Assembly (NCBI GenBank): GCA_958348245.1
Contig: CATVYJ010000005.1
Span: forward strand, 13,625-77,624
Reading direction: 5' to 3'
Length of the DNA: 64,000 nt
DNA from: an uncultured Veillonellaceae bacterium
Lineage (GTDB): Bacteria > Bacillota > Negativicutes > Veillonellales > Dialisteraceae
Part shown: one piece after another, positions 1 to 9,027 of the stretch
Layout of the letters: every line of letters begins with the position of its first letter
How positions within the stretch are numbered: the first letter of the stretch is position 1
Program-made: the position numbers and the translations under genes
Notes under the pieces: model-generated
Database searches by the model: none
Told to the model about the DNA's origin: nothing
What the model saw: only the letters and a program-made list of their open reading frames with translations

Positions 1-332
1 CGAGATCGTCCCGCCAGTACTCTGCGGCGTCGGTTACTTCGTCCGCCAGTTCGCCGTCTTTGTAGATGCGGTAGCGGGGGATGTCGTGCCGGAGGTCCGC
101 TGCGGGCGCGGCGAGGCGCGGCACGGGGGAGCCCGCTTCGGTCACGTCGAGCACGGGGCAGGGCTTCCGGTTCCGCTGGGTAAAGAGAAGGAAATCAAAG
201 GCGAGGGTTTTCGGCAGGACGGCCAGATTGGCCTGAGCGTAGCCGGCGCACATGCCGCTGGTCTGGCCGGTGATTTCGCCGGTGCGGATGCGGGCGCGCA
301 CGTCCGCGGGCGAGGCAGCTGCGAGGTCCATG
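1..332 (-). CDS. DUF1445 / YcsI-like protein (putative hydro-lyase, D-glutamate cyclase-like). The start codon is inside the window (ATG at 330-332) and the gene runs off the window edge.
   Basis: Minus-strand translation MDLAAASPADVRARIRTGEITGQTSGMCAGYAQANLAVLPKTLAFDFLLFTQRNRKPCPVLDVTEAGSPVP... The SD aaaggagcaaattcc lies upstream. It is the last gene of the pxp/acc operon. This ORF is not in the track and was translated by hand. Confidence 0.55.
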
Positions 333-345
333 GAATTTGCTCCTT

Positions 346-1701
346 TCAGGTGTTTAGAATGGCTTCGAGGTGGTCTTCGAGGTCGCTGGTGTGCATATCG
401 CCCCGTCGAAAGACGGGGGTCTGGAGAATTTTTTTCTGCAGGGTGATATTGGTAAGCACCCCTTCGATCTTGAAATCGGAGAGGGCTTTTTCCATTTTTT
501 CGATGGCTTCGTCCCGCGTGGGGGCCCACACGATGAGCTTGGCGATCATGGAGTCGTAGAAGGGCGTGATGACGCAGCCCCGGTACATGGCGCTGTCTAC
601 GCGGATACCCCGGCCGAAGGGCGGCGTGTACCGCGTGAGGGTCCCCGGGCAGGGCATGAAATTATGCAGCGGGTCTTCCGCATTGATGCGGCATTCGATG
701 GCCCAGCCGTTCATGCGGATGTCCTGCTGGGTCCAGGGAAGTTTCTCTCCTGCGGCGACGGTGATCTGTGCTTTCACGAGGTCCACGCCGGTGACCATCT
801 CCGTCACGGGGTGTTCCACTTGGATGCGGGTGTTCATTTCCATGAAATAGAACTGCCCGTCGTCGGTGACGATAAATTCCACCGTGCCCGCGCCGCTGTA
901 GTCCACGGCTTTCGCGGCGAGGACGGCCGCTTCACCCATGCGTTTCCGGAGCGCGGGAGTCATGATGGGCGATGGGGATTCCTCGATGACTTTCTGGTGG
1001 CGCCGCTGGGTGGAGCAGTCGCGCTCGCCCAGGTAGACTACATCGCCGTAGTTGTCCGCCATAATCTGGATTTCCACGTGGCGCGACCGGGGGAGGTATT
1101 TCTCGAGGTACACCCCGGCGTTGCCGAAGGAGCGCTCCGCTTCCATGCTGGCCTGCCGGAGAGCCCGGGTGAGCTCGTCCGCGTCTTCTACGACGCGCAT
1201 GCCCTTGCCGCCTCCGCCGGCGGTGGCCTTGATGAGCACGGGGTAGTCGATGGCGTCGGCGGTGCGGCGCGCTTCCTCTTCGTCGCGGATGACGTCTTCC
1301 GTGCCGGGCACGACGGGGACGCCGGCGTGCATCATGGTGGCGCGGGCCATGGCTTTGTCGCCCATGCGGCGGATGGCTTCGCCGGACGCGCCGATGAAGG
1401 CGATACCGTAGTTGGCGCACACGTCGGCGAAGTCCGCGCTTTCCGAGAGGAAGCCGTAGCCGGGATGGATGGCATCCGCCTCGCACGCCCGGGCGGTCTC
1501 GATGAGGCGGGCCATGTCGAGGTAGCTCCGCTTCGCCTGCGAGGGGCCGATGCAGTATGCTTCGTCCGCGAGGCGCACGGGGAGGGAGTCCCGGTCCGCT
1601 TCGGAATAGACCGCGATGGCGGCGACGCCCATTTCGTGGCACGCGCGGATGATACGAGCCGCGATTTCGCCGCGGTTCGCGATGAGGATTTTTCTGAACA
1701 T
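346..1701 (-). CDS. accC: biotin carboxylase (acetyl-CoA carboxylase biotin carboxylase subunit family)
   Basis: 451-aa ORF MFRKILIANRGEIAARIIRACHEMGVAAIAVYSEADRDSLPV... with the ATP-grasp biotin carboxylase signature (GGGGKGMRVV, EMNTRIQVEHPVTE). Confidence 0.9.
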   Translation of the reverse strand: MFRKILIANRGEIAARIIRACHEMGVAAIAVYSEADRDSLPVRLADEAYCIGPSQAKRSYLDMARLIETARACEADAIHPGYGFLSESADFADVCANYGIAFIGASGEAIRRMGDKAMARATMMHAGVPVVPGTEDVIRDEEEARRTADAIDYPVLIKATAGGGGKGMRVVEDADELTRALRQASMEAERSFGNAGVYLEKYLPRSRHVEIQIMADNYGDVVYLGERDCSTQRRHQKVIEESPSPIMTPALRKRMGEAAVLAAKAVDYSGAGTVEFIVTDDGQFYFMEMNTRIQVEHPVTEMVTGVDLVKAQITVAAGEKLPWTQQDIRMNGWAIECRINAEDPLHNFMPCPGTLTRYTPPFGRGIRVDSAMYRGCVITPFYDSMIAKLIVWAPTRDEAIEKMEKALSDFKIEGVLTNITLQKKILQTPVFRRGDMHTSDLEDHLEAILNT

Positions 1702-1713
1702 GGTCCCACCTCC

Positions 1714-2163
1714 TCAGCTGGCGGCGGGGCTCTTTTTCACGCGGAAGAGGGGCTGGCCGAATTCCACGAAGTCCCCGTCTTTCACGAGGATGTCCGTGAT
1801 GTCTCCTTCCACTTCGGCTTCCACTTCGGAGAAAATTTTCATCGCTTCGAGGACGCACACCACGGAGCTGGGCGTGACGTGGGAGCCGGGCTTCACGAAG
1901 GGCGGGGCTTTCGGGTCGGGCGCGCTGTAGAAGGTGCCCACCATGGGGGCGGTGATGTCCACGGTCTGCGCGGATTCGGCCGGCGTGGGAGCGGGAGCGG
2001 CGGCTGCGGGCGCTGCCGGAGCGGGCGGCACGGCAGCCGGGGCGGAGAGGACCGCGGGGGCCGCGCCCTTCTCGAGGACCACGTGCCCGTCGGAGTAGGA
2101 CAGGTCAATTTTTGTGAGCGGCGAAGCTTCGAGGAGTTTCATCAGTTCTTTGATTTCATTCAG
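1714..2163 (-). CDS. accB: biotin carboxyl carrier protein (BCCP). Probable TTG start after the SD ggaggg; the track ORF extends to 2208.
   Basis: C-terminal biotinyl domain with the EAMKI/EAMKIFSEVEAE motif (biotin-attachment lysine context). N-terminus ...LSLNEIKELMKLLEAS as in BCCPs. The stretch between is Ala/Pro-rich linker. Confidence 0.8.
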   Translation of the reverse strand: MNEIKELMKLLEASPLTKIDLSYSDGHVVLEKGAAPAVLSAPAAVPPAPAAPAAAAPAPTPAESAQTVDITAPMVGTFYSAPDPKAPPFVKPGSHVTPSSVVCVLEAMKIFSEVEAEVEGDITDILVKDGDFVEFGQPLFRVKKSPAAS

Positions 2164-2185
2164 GGACAGCAAGTCAATCCCTCCT

Positions 2186-3184
2186 TTATAACATGCCTGC
2201 CACGGCAATTTTCACATTTTCCATGCACTGCTCCATGTCGAGGTAGAGCCGCTCCCCTTCTTCCTGGCTGATGAGGCGGAAGTAGAGGCGGTCCCCCGGC
2301 TTGAGCTGCGCCGCGCGGGCCGTATCCACGAGGGAGACCTGCGCGATGACCGGATAGCCTGCGGTGGTCTGGTGGTCCGCCATGAGGACGATGGGCTGGC
2401 CGTTCGGGGGGACCTGCACGGTGCCGAGGGGCGACGCTTCGGAGATCATCTCGAGGGGCTCCTTCAGGGCGAGCTTCGGCCCGGCGAGGCGGTAGCCCAT
2501 GCGGTCGGACTGGGTGGTGACGCGGAAGTCGGAATTGAAGAAATCGTACCGCGCCTGCTCGGTGAAGGCGTCGTACTGGAGGCCGGCCATGACGCGGAGA
2601 GGCTTGTGCAGGCGCTCCGCCGTGATGTGGCCCGGGCCGACGTGCCAGCGGGCCTGCTTGAAGGAGTGGGCCCCGCCGGAGAGCAGGTTGAACATCATCT
2701 TCTGCCCGTATTCGCCGGGCTCTCTCGTGGGGAGCACGTCTCCCTTTTCGAGGGCGCGCCCTTCCCAACCGCCAAAGCCGCCCCGGAGCGAGGTACTGCG
2801 GCTCCCCATGACGGGGGCGATGTCGTAGCCGCCGGATACGGCGAGGTAGGCCCGGCAGCCCAGGCGGCACGAGCCGAAGCGGAGGATGGCCCCCGCCTTC
2901 ACCGCCACAGGGCGGCGCATGGGCACGGCCTGCCCGTCGATGATGGGGGCGAAGTCCCCGCCGGTGATGGCGATGAGCGTGTCCGAGGTAAATTCGATGG
3001 TGGGTCCCGTGAGGTTGATCTCGAGAGCCGCTTCGTATTCGTCGTTGCCGGCGAGGATATTCGCCAGCCGGAGAGAGTAGACGTCCATCGCGCCGGAAGG
3101 GATGACGCCGATTTTCTGCCAGCCGTACCGGCCGCCGTCCTGCACGGTGGTCATGAGGCCGGGGCGTATGATGTGGAGGCTCAT
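2186..3184 (-). CDS. pxpC: 5-oxoprolinase subunit C (KipA / allophanate hydrolase subunit 2 family)
   Basis: Internal start MSLHIIRPGLMTTVQDGGRYGWQKIGVIPSGAMD... (typical PxpC N-terminus). The start ATGA-overlaps the pxpB stop. The upstream part of the 466-aa track ORF is Arg/Pro-rich junk. Confidence 0.85.
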   Translation of the reverse strand: MSLHIIRPGLMTTVQDGGRYGWQKIGVIPSGAMDVYSLRLANILAGNDEYEAALEINLTGPTIEFTSDTLIAITGGDFAPIIDGQAVPMRRPVAVKAGAILRFGSCRLGCRAYLAVSGGYDIAPVMGSRSTSLRGGFGGWEGRALEKGDVLPTREPGEYGQKMMFNLLSGGAHSFKQARWHVGPGHITAERLHKPLRVMAGLQYDAFTEQARYDFFNSDFRVTTQSDRMGYRLAGPKLALKEPLEMISEASPLGTVQVPPNGQPIVLMADHQTTAGYPVIAQVSLVDTARAAQLKPGDRLYFRLISQEEGERLYLDMEQCMENVKIAVAGML

Positions 3185-3906
3185 GGCTGTCCCTTCCTTT
3201 CTGCGAGGTATTCCTCTTCGGAAATGGCGTGGAATTTCACCAGGTCGCCCGCGTGGAGGAGGCTCGGGTCCGGATCGCTGGGACGGAAGAGCTCCACCGG
3301 GGTGCGGCCGATGAGCTGCCAGCCGCCGGGGGTGGAGATGGGATAGCCCCCGGTCTGGCAGCCGGCGATGCCGATGCTCCGCGCGGGGATGGACGTGCGG
3401 GGTGTCTGGCGGCGCGGCGCGGCGATGCGCGGGTCCATGCCGCCCATGTAGGGAAATCCCGGACAGAAGCCGATCATGTACACGAGGTACTGCGGCGCGG
3501 TGTGGAGGCGGATCACGTCGCCCACGGTGAGATGATTGTACTCCGCTACGAAGCCGATGTCCGGGCCGTACTCGCCGCCGTAGCATACGGGGATGTCCAC
3601 CACCCGGGGCGGCGTGGTCTCTCCCGCGCCCGCGGAGGGGATGGCCTCCTCCGTGAGGCGGTCCGACACGAGCTGGAAGGCGGATTTCCCCGAGCGGCCC
3701 CCGCGCTGCTTCACCGTGAAGGGATTGTAGTACACGGCGAGGCTCGTGTAGGAAATGACCGTCTCCACGAGACCGGGGAAGGGATGGGCGTCCAGCTCAT
3801 CCGCGAGGGCTTTTACCGCGTGGTGCACTTCGGGGCTGATGGCGTCGCCGAAGCGGACGAGGAGGCCCGCTTCTCCCAGCGGCAGAATGGTATAGTCGTG
3901 TTTCAC
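3181..3906 (-). CDS. pxpB: 5-oxoprolinase subunit B (KipI / allophanate hydrolase subunit 1 family)
   Basis: 241 aa, MKHDYTILPLGEAGLLVRFGD... with the cyclophilin-like AHS1 domain pattern. Confidence 0.85.
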   Translation of the reverse strand: MKHDYTILPLGEAGLLVRFGDAISPEVHHAVKALADELDAHPFPGLVETVISYTSLAVYYNPFTVKQRGGRSGKSAFQLVSDRLTEEAIPSAGAGETTPPRVVDIPVCYGGEYGPDIGFVAEYNHLTVGDVIRLHTAPQYLVYMIGFCPGFPYMGGMDPRIAAPRRQTPRTSIPARSIGIAGCQTGGYPISTPGGWQLIGRTPVELFRPSDPDPSLLHAGDLVKFHAISEEEYLAERKGQP

Positions 3907-3919
3907 GGGCGTCCCTCCT

Positions 3920-5107
3920 TTACATGAAGAGCTTCGGGAGCTGTTTCATCAGGGTGAGGCCGCCCATGTAGGCGGTCATGGCCACCACCACCGCGCCGAA
4001 GGCGGTCATCCAGAGCGGGTGTTTGTAGTCGCCCACGATGGATTTCTTGTGCGCCGCCACGAGCATCACGAGGAGCGTGATGGGGAGGATGAGGCCGTTC
4101 AGCGTGCCGACGACGATGAGGGTCTTTACCGGCTGGCCGACCACGGCGAAGACGAAGGTGGAGAAAATGATGAAGGCGATGACGAACCAGCGGTAATTCG
4201 CGTCGATCCATTTGTTGAACGTGCGGATGAAGGAAACGGAGGTGTACGCCGCGCCCACCACGGAGGAGATGGCCGCCGCCCACATGACGACGCCGAAGAC
4301 TTTATAGCCCGCGTTGCCCGCGGCGAGACGGAAGACGGACGCCGGAGGATTTGCGCTGTCCAGAGCGAGCCCCGCGCTCACCACGCCGAGGGTGGCGAGG
4401 AAGAGGAGCACGCGCATCACGCCCGTGAGGCACACGCCGGTGACGGCGGAGCGGGAAATTTCCGGCAGGGATTCTTTGCCGGTGATACCCGCGTCGATGA
4501 GGCGGTGTCCGCCGGAGAAGGTGATGTAGCCGCCTACGGTGCCGCCCACGATGGTGACGATGGTCATGGGGTCAATGGTATCGGGGATGATGGTTTTCTC
4601 GATGGCTTCTCCCACGGGCGGCGCGGAGGAAATGGCCACGTAGAGCGTGAGGGCGATCATGACGAAGCCCGCGCCCTGAGTGAATTTATCCATGAGTCGG
4701 CCCGCTTCCTTCACGATGAAGATGGAAATGGCGATGACCGCGCTGATGACCGCGCCGGTCACATTGTCCAGGCCGAAGAGCACATTGAAGCCCATGCCCG
4801 CGCCGGCGATGTTGCCGATATTGAAAGCCAGACCGCCCATGACGATGAGCAGCGCCACGAGGTAGCCCAGTCCGGGGAGGACCATATTCGCCACATCCTG
4901 CCCGCGCTTGCCGGAAATGCCGATGACGCGCCACACGTTGAGCTGCGCCCCGATGTCGAGGATGATGGTGGTGAGGATGACGAAGCCGAAGCTCGCCCGG
5001 AGCTGCTCCGTGAAGACCGTGGTCTGCGTGAGGAAGCCCGGCCCGATGGACGATGTGGCCATGAGAAACGCCGCGCCCAGAAGGACGCTCCAGTCAAATT
5101 TTTTCAT
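3920..5107 (-). CDS. NRAMP-family-like membrane protein (YcsG-like) encoded inside the pxp operon
   Basis: Internal start MKKFDWSVLLGAAFLMATSSIGPGFLTQTT... It is polytopic with a GPGFL motif. The position between pxpA and pxpB matches B. subtilis ycsG. The long upstream extension of the track ORF is rejected. Confidence 0.7.
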   Translation of the reverse strand: MKKFDWSVLLGAAFLMATSSIGPGFLTQTTVFTEQLRASFGFVILTTIILDIGAQLNVWRVIGISGKRGQDVANMVLPGLGYLVALLIVMGGLAFNIGNIAGAGMGFNVLFGLDNVTGAVISAVIAISIFIVKEAGRLMDKFTQGAGFVMIALTLYVAISSAPPVGEAIEKTIIPDTIDPMTIVTIVGGTVGGYITFSGGHRLIDAGITGKESLPEISRSAVTGVCLTGVMRVLLFLATLGVVSAGLALDSANPPASVFRLAAGNAGYKVFGVVMWAAAISSVVGAAYTSVSFIRTFNKWIDANYRWFVIAFIIFSTFVFAVVGQPVKTLIVVGTLNGLILPITLLVMLVAAHKKSIVGDYKHPLWMTAFGAVVVAMTAYMGGLTLMKQLPKLFM

Positions 5108-5154
5108 GGGAAATTCCCCCTCTCTTTTTTGAAATGGTTTGTATGTCAATTCCC

Positions 5155-5919
5155 TTACCGGTCGATAAAGGAAACGATTTCGATGCCTTCTTCCGTGAGG
5201 CGCTCCCGAATGCGGCGGGCGAAGGCGAGCGCTTTCGGGCTGTCCCCGTGAATGCACACCGTGTCCGCCCGGACGGGGATGACTGCGCCCGAGAGAGCCG
5301 TCACCGTGCCGCGCTCCACCATGTCCAGCACCTGCTCGATGGCCGCGTCGTCGTCGGTGATCATCGCCCCGGGCTGCGTGCGCGGCGTGAGCGACCCGTC
5401 GTCCTGATATGTGCGGTCCGCGAAAACTTCGCTCGCCGATGCGAGCCCGATGGCGTCCGCCGCTTCGATGAGGCAGCTCCCTGCAAGGCCGTAGAGGACG
5501 AGCGACGGGTCCTCGTCGTACACTGCGCGGGCGATGGCGTCGGCGAGCGCCCGGTCCTTCGCGGCCATGTTGTACAGCGCGCCGTGAGGCTTCACGTGCT
5601 GGAGCCGGCCTCCCTCCGCGCGGACGAAGGCGGCGAGCGCGCCTACCTGGTAGAGCACGAGGTCGTACGCCTCCTCGGGCTTCGTGGGAATCGTGCGCCG
5701 GCCGAAGCCCGCCAGATCCATCAGCCCCGGATGGGCCCCGACAGCCGCGCCGCGCTCCATGGCGAGCCGCACCGTGCGGTGCATTACGAAGGGGTCGCCC
5801 CCGTGCATGCCGCACGCCACATTCGCCGAGCTCACATATTTCAATACTTCGCTGTCATTGCCGATGGTGTACGCCCCGAAGCTCTCGCCGAGATCGCTGT
5901 TCAGATCGATTCGTTTCAT
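5155..5919 (-). CDS. pxpA: 5-oxoprolinase subunit A (LamB/YcsF family)
   Basis: 254 aa, [43 protein letters not shown]... This is the canonical LamB/YcsF N-terminus. Confidence 0.9.
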   Translation of the reverse strand: MKRIDLNSDLGESFGAYTIGNDSEVLKYVSSANVACGMHGGDPFVMHRTVRLAMERGAAVGAHPGLMDLAGFGRRTIPTKPEEAYDLVLYQVGALAAFVRAEGGRLQHVKPHGALYNMAAKDRALADAIARAVYDEDPSLVLYGLAGSCLIEAADAIGLASASEVFADRTYQDDGSLTPRTQPGAMITDDDAAIEQVLDMVERGTVTALSGAVIPVRADTVCIHGDSPKALAFARRIRERLTEEGIEIVSFIDR

Positions 5920-6324
5920 ACGGTCCTCCTGTACGAAAAAAGCCGCTCCCCGTGAGGAAGCGGCGTCTCTGCCGAAACGGAAAACGCCGGGGATGGGTCC
6001 GCGGCGTCTCTGCTCATTGTGAAATTGGAAACAGAAAGACGCCGCATGCCATGCACACAGCGCCTTTGCTTTTGGGAAGTAAATTTATGTACCGTATTAT
6101 ACGGGAGGGCCTGCGCCAGTGTCAACGGCGGGGGCCGGCACCGCCGGTATCCGCAGGCGGCCGGTTTTACAGTCGCTGGAGGCCGCTGCGGGAGAAATCC
6201 AGTTCATAGATACAGATAGAGGAGGGATTCCTCTTTATGGTAAAGAGAATACGGCAGGGCAGCGGGCGCGGCTATGGGGATTTCCTATGACGAATATAGC
6301 CGTCCGGTATGAAAAGGCCGGGCA

Positions 6325-6333
6325 TGCTATAAT
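6325..6333 (+). promoter_or_regulatory. extended -10 element (TGcTATAAT) upstream of nfo
   Basis: tgctataat lies about 25 nt upstream of the nfo SD ggagg. No clear -35. Confidence 0.35.
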
Positions 6334-6358
6334 GGGAAAAACGAAAACGGAGGCAAAT

Positions 6359-7195
6359 ATGTTTATCATCGGCTGTCATCTGTCTGTCTCGAAGGGGTAT
6401 CTCGCCATGGGGAAAGAGGCGACCGCGATCGGGGCGAATACGTTTCAGTTTTTCCCGCGCAATCCCCGGGGCGGCGCGTCGAAGCCGCTGGATGCGGACG
6501 ACGTGGAGGGGCTGCGCGCGTGGATGGAGGCGCATCATTTCGGGCCCATTCTCTGCCATGGGGCGTACACCATGAACGGCGCGGCGGCGAAGGAGGAGAC
6601 GCGGGACTTCGCGTTCCGCGCCATCCGGGAGGATCTGGCGAAGGCGGGCCGGCTGCCCCGGTGCCTCTATAATTTCCATCCCGGCGCGCATGTCAAGCAG
6701 GGCGCGGAGGCGGTCATCCCGCGCATCGCGGACATGGTGAATCAGGCCATGGATCAGGACCCCATCCCGCAGTACGTGCTCCTCGAGACCATGGCGGGCA
6801 AGGGGACGGAAGTGGGCCGCACCTTTGAAGAACTGGCGGCTATCATCGACCGGGTGGAGCGGAAAGACCGCATCGGCGTGTGCCTCGACACGTGCCACGT
6901 GTACGACGCGGGCTACGATATCGCAGGCGATCTGGACGGCGTGCTCCGCGCCTTCGACGCGATCATCGGCCTCGACCGCCTCCACGCGGTGCATCTCAAT
7001 GACGACAAGAATCCCCTCGGCAGCCACAAGGACCGGCACGAAAAAATCGGGAAGGGCACCCTCGGTACGGAAGCCCTGGCGCGCGTCATCAATCATCCCG
7101 CACTCCGGGACCTGCCCTTCTATCTGGAAACGCCGAACGAACTCCCGGGCTACGCCGCGGAAATCGCCCTTCTGAAGTCTTTGCGGAAGGAATGA
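6359..7195 (+). CDS. nfo: endonuclease IV (AP endonuclease, TIM barrel)
   Basis: Internal ATG after the SD ggagg. MFIIGCHLSVSKGY...HGAYTMN...ETMAGKGTEVGRTFEEL...CLDTCHVYDAGYDI...HLNDDKNPLGSHKDRHEKIG matches Nfo motifs. Confidence 0.9.
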   Translation: MFIIGCHLSVSKGYLAMGKEATAIGANTFQFFPRNPRGGASKPLDADDVEGLRAWMEAHHFGPILCHGAYTMNGAAAKEETRDFAFRAIREDLAKAGRLPRCLYNFHPGAHVKQGAEAVIPRIADMVNQAMDQDPIPQYVLLETMAGKGTEVGRTFEELAAIIDRVERKDRIGVCLDTCHVYDAGYDIAGDLDGVLRAFDAIIGLDRLHAVHLNDDKNPLGSHKDRHEKIGKGTLGTEALARVINHPALRDLPFYLETPNELPGYAAEIALLKSLRKE

Positions 7196-7307
7196 AGGAA
7201 AGAAATCGAAGAAGCGGCCGCCGGCCCCGCGCCTTGCAAAACCGGGCGGCTGTGGTAAAATAGAATTACATAAGATATATGGATGCTCTCCAAGGGGCAA
7301 AAGAAAA

Positions 7308-7335
7308 GACGGGTGGCACCCCGTCTTTTCTTTTG
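7308..7335 (+). terminator. intrinsic terminator (GACGGGtggcaCCCGTC + U-tract) after nfo. It is part of mini-cassette 1.
   Basis: Perfect 6-bp GC-rich stem followed by ttttcttttg. Confidence 0.6.
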
Positions 7336-7768
7336 ATTTTCAATTCCTGTGCCTGTGTTCAAACCAGAATTTAAAAATAATGGCGATACATTGCACAAGA
7401 ATCGGGGCAATCAAAGAGCCCCAAACCACTAGATATATGGATTGCTCCTCCAAGAAGCTCACCTCCTTTCATAAATGCCGGAGGTATGTCCTCATTGTAG
7501 CACATCTGTGCGGAAGTGCGGCGCAGTTCGGATAATTCTTGTGGATTTATGGAAAATAAATTTTATTTCAGAAATGTGTCTTGCATAATTTGCAGCACGG
7601 AATCGCTGTGGTAAAATAAAAACATTACCTAAGGTATGCTTCTCCGGAGGCGAAGAAGAGACGGACGATGTCCGTTTTTTCTTTTGGCCTCATTTGAGAA
7701 AATCGAGGACTGCGGTATAATACAGATATCGAAATACCATGATTGCTTCCAAGAGGCAAACGGAAAGA

Positions 7769-7792
7769 GACGGGCAGTACCCGTCTTTTTTC
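7769..7792 (+). terminator. intrinsic terminator (GACGGGcagtaCCCGTC + UUUUUU). It is part of mini-cassette 3.
   Basis: Same stem as at 7308 but a different loop, followed by tttttt. Confidence 0.6.
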
Positions 7793-7887
7793 GTGCAGTG
7801 CGGCGGATTTTCCCCGGCGGGCGGAGCGTGTATAATGCATATAAGAAAGAAAAACAAGCGGAGCGCGCGGCGCGGAAGGGAGCAGGG

Positions 7888-9027
7888 ATGAGATTCATAC
7901 ATACGGCGGACTGGCATCTGGGAAAACTTTTTTATGGACAGTACCTCACGGAGGAGCAGGAGTGGGTGCTGCGGGAGCGGTTCCTGCCTCTTGTGGACGA
8001 CGTGCGGCCCGACGTGATTCTCCTCGCGGGCGACGTGTACGACCGGTCCGTGCCGCCCGCGGAGGCGGTGGATCTCTTCGACGAGATGATTTCGGAAATC
8101 GTGGGCGTGCGGCACATCCCCTTCCTCGTCATCAGCGGCAATCACGACAGCAGCGGGCGGCTGTCTTTCGGGAGCCGGCTCCTCGCGGCGGAAGGGCTCT
8201 ACATGTGCGGAGACCTCACGCGCACCGTGCGGCCCGTCATCCTGTCCGATGCGTACGGCGACGTGGCCTTCGCGCCCATGCCCTACGCGGAGACGGCGGA
8301 CGTGCGCCGCGCGCTGGGCGACGAGACGATTCACGACCACGAAGCGGCGATGCGGGCGCTCTCGGAGCACCTTCTCGCGGCGATTCCCGCAGGCGTGCGG
8401 CGCATCGCCGCGGCCCACGATTTCATCGCCGGCGGCGCGCCGAGCGACAGCGAGCGGCCCCTCTCCATCGGCGGCGCGGACGTGATCTCCGCGGACATCT
8501 TCGCCCCTTACCACTACACGGCGCTGGGCCACCTCCACGGGCCGCAGAAGGCGGGCGGCTCGGAGATCATCCGCTACAGCGGCAGCCTCATGAAATATTC
8601 CTTCGGCGAAGCGCGCCAGAAAAAAGGCGTCGTCGTGGGCGACATGGACGGGCAGGGCCGCGTGACCACCGCGTTTTACCCCCTCGAGCCGCGGCGGGAC
8701 GTGCGGGTCGTCTCCGGCACGTTCGACGAACTCATGACGCGGCAGGACGACGCGCCGGACGATTTCCTCATGGCGGACCTCACGGACGAAGGGCCCGTCA
8801 TCGACGCCATGGCGCGGCTCCGGCAGAAATACCCCCACGTGATGGCGCTCCGCACGCATCTCGCCATCCGGGAAGACAGCGGCGCGCGGGCCGGCGTGCG
8901 GGAACAGGTGGATATGATGGACATGATGGAGACATTTTCCGAAGAATTTCAGGGGCGGCCCCTCACGGACGAAGAGCGGGCCTTCCTGAACAGCGTCCGG
9001 CAGGACATGAAGGAGGCGGAAGCATGA
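7888..9027 (+). CDS. sbcD: exonuclease SbcCD, nuclease subunit D (Mre11 family)
   Basis: MRFIHTADWHLGKLFYGQ...VILLAGDVYDR...ISGNHDS phosphoesterase motifs. Start after ggaagggagcaggg. Confidence 0.9.
   Translation: MRFIHTADWHLGKLFYGQYLTEEQEWVLRERFLPLVDDVRPDVILLAGDVYDRSVPPAEAVDLFDEMISEIVGVRHIPFLVISGNHDSSGRLSFGSRLLAAEGLYMCGDLTRTVRPVILSDAYGDVAFAPMPYAETADVRRALGDETIHDHEAAMRALSEHLLAAIPAGVRRIAAAHDFIAGGAPSDSERPLSIGGADVISADIFAPYHYTALGHLHGPQKAGGSEIIRYSGSLMKYSFGEARQKKGVVVGDMDGQGRVTTAFYPLEPRRDVRVVSGTFDELMTRQDDAPDDFLMADLTDEGPVIDAMARLRQKYPHVMALRTHLAIREDSGARAGVREQVDMMDMMETFSEEFQGRPLTDEERAFLNSVRQDMKEAEA

Noticed and set aside
370-2271. 633-aa + strand ORF, one of many very long ORFs on the strand opposite to real genes. 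Others include 8949-10763(-), 17105-18790(-), 21108-23069(-), 22759-24315(-), 31123-32997(-), 33148-34614(-), 37773-41831(-), 48604-50052(-), 51778-53508(-), 53823-55154(-), 55368-57647(-), 60344-61567(-).
   Set aside because: Their translations are Arg/Pro/Gly/His-rich low-complexity strings with no domain signatures. Each lies antisense to a gene with clear homology. High GC depletes stop codons, so such shadow ORFs are expected.
2186-3586. Annotating pxpC as the full 466-aa track ORF.
   Set aside because: The first 134 residues are Arg/Pro/His-rich and overlap pxpB. The canonical PxpC N-terminus MSLHIIRPG starts at the internal ATG (3184), which ATGA-overlaps the pxpB stop.
3920-5815. 631-aa version of the NRAMP-like gene.
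   Set aside because: The upstream 235 residues are Arg/Gly/Pro/His junk overlapping pxpA. The membrane protein starts at MKKFDWSV (5107).
7636-7887. Upstream extension of sbcD (track ORF starts at 7636).
   Set aside because: It spans an intergenic region containing a terminator and repeats. MRFIHTADWHLG with a good SD at 7888 is the conserved SbcD start.
7962-9023. Upstream extension of sbcC (1230-aa track ORF).
   Set aside because: It is an out-of-context Arg/Gly-rich reading of the sbcD coding region in another frame. SbcC starts MRPLRLEMTAFGPY at 9024, coupled to the sbcD stop.
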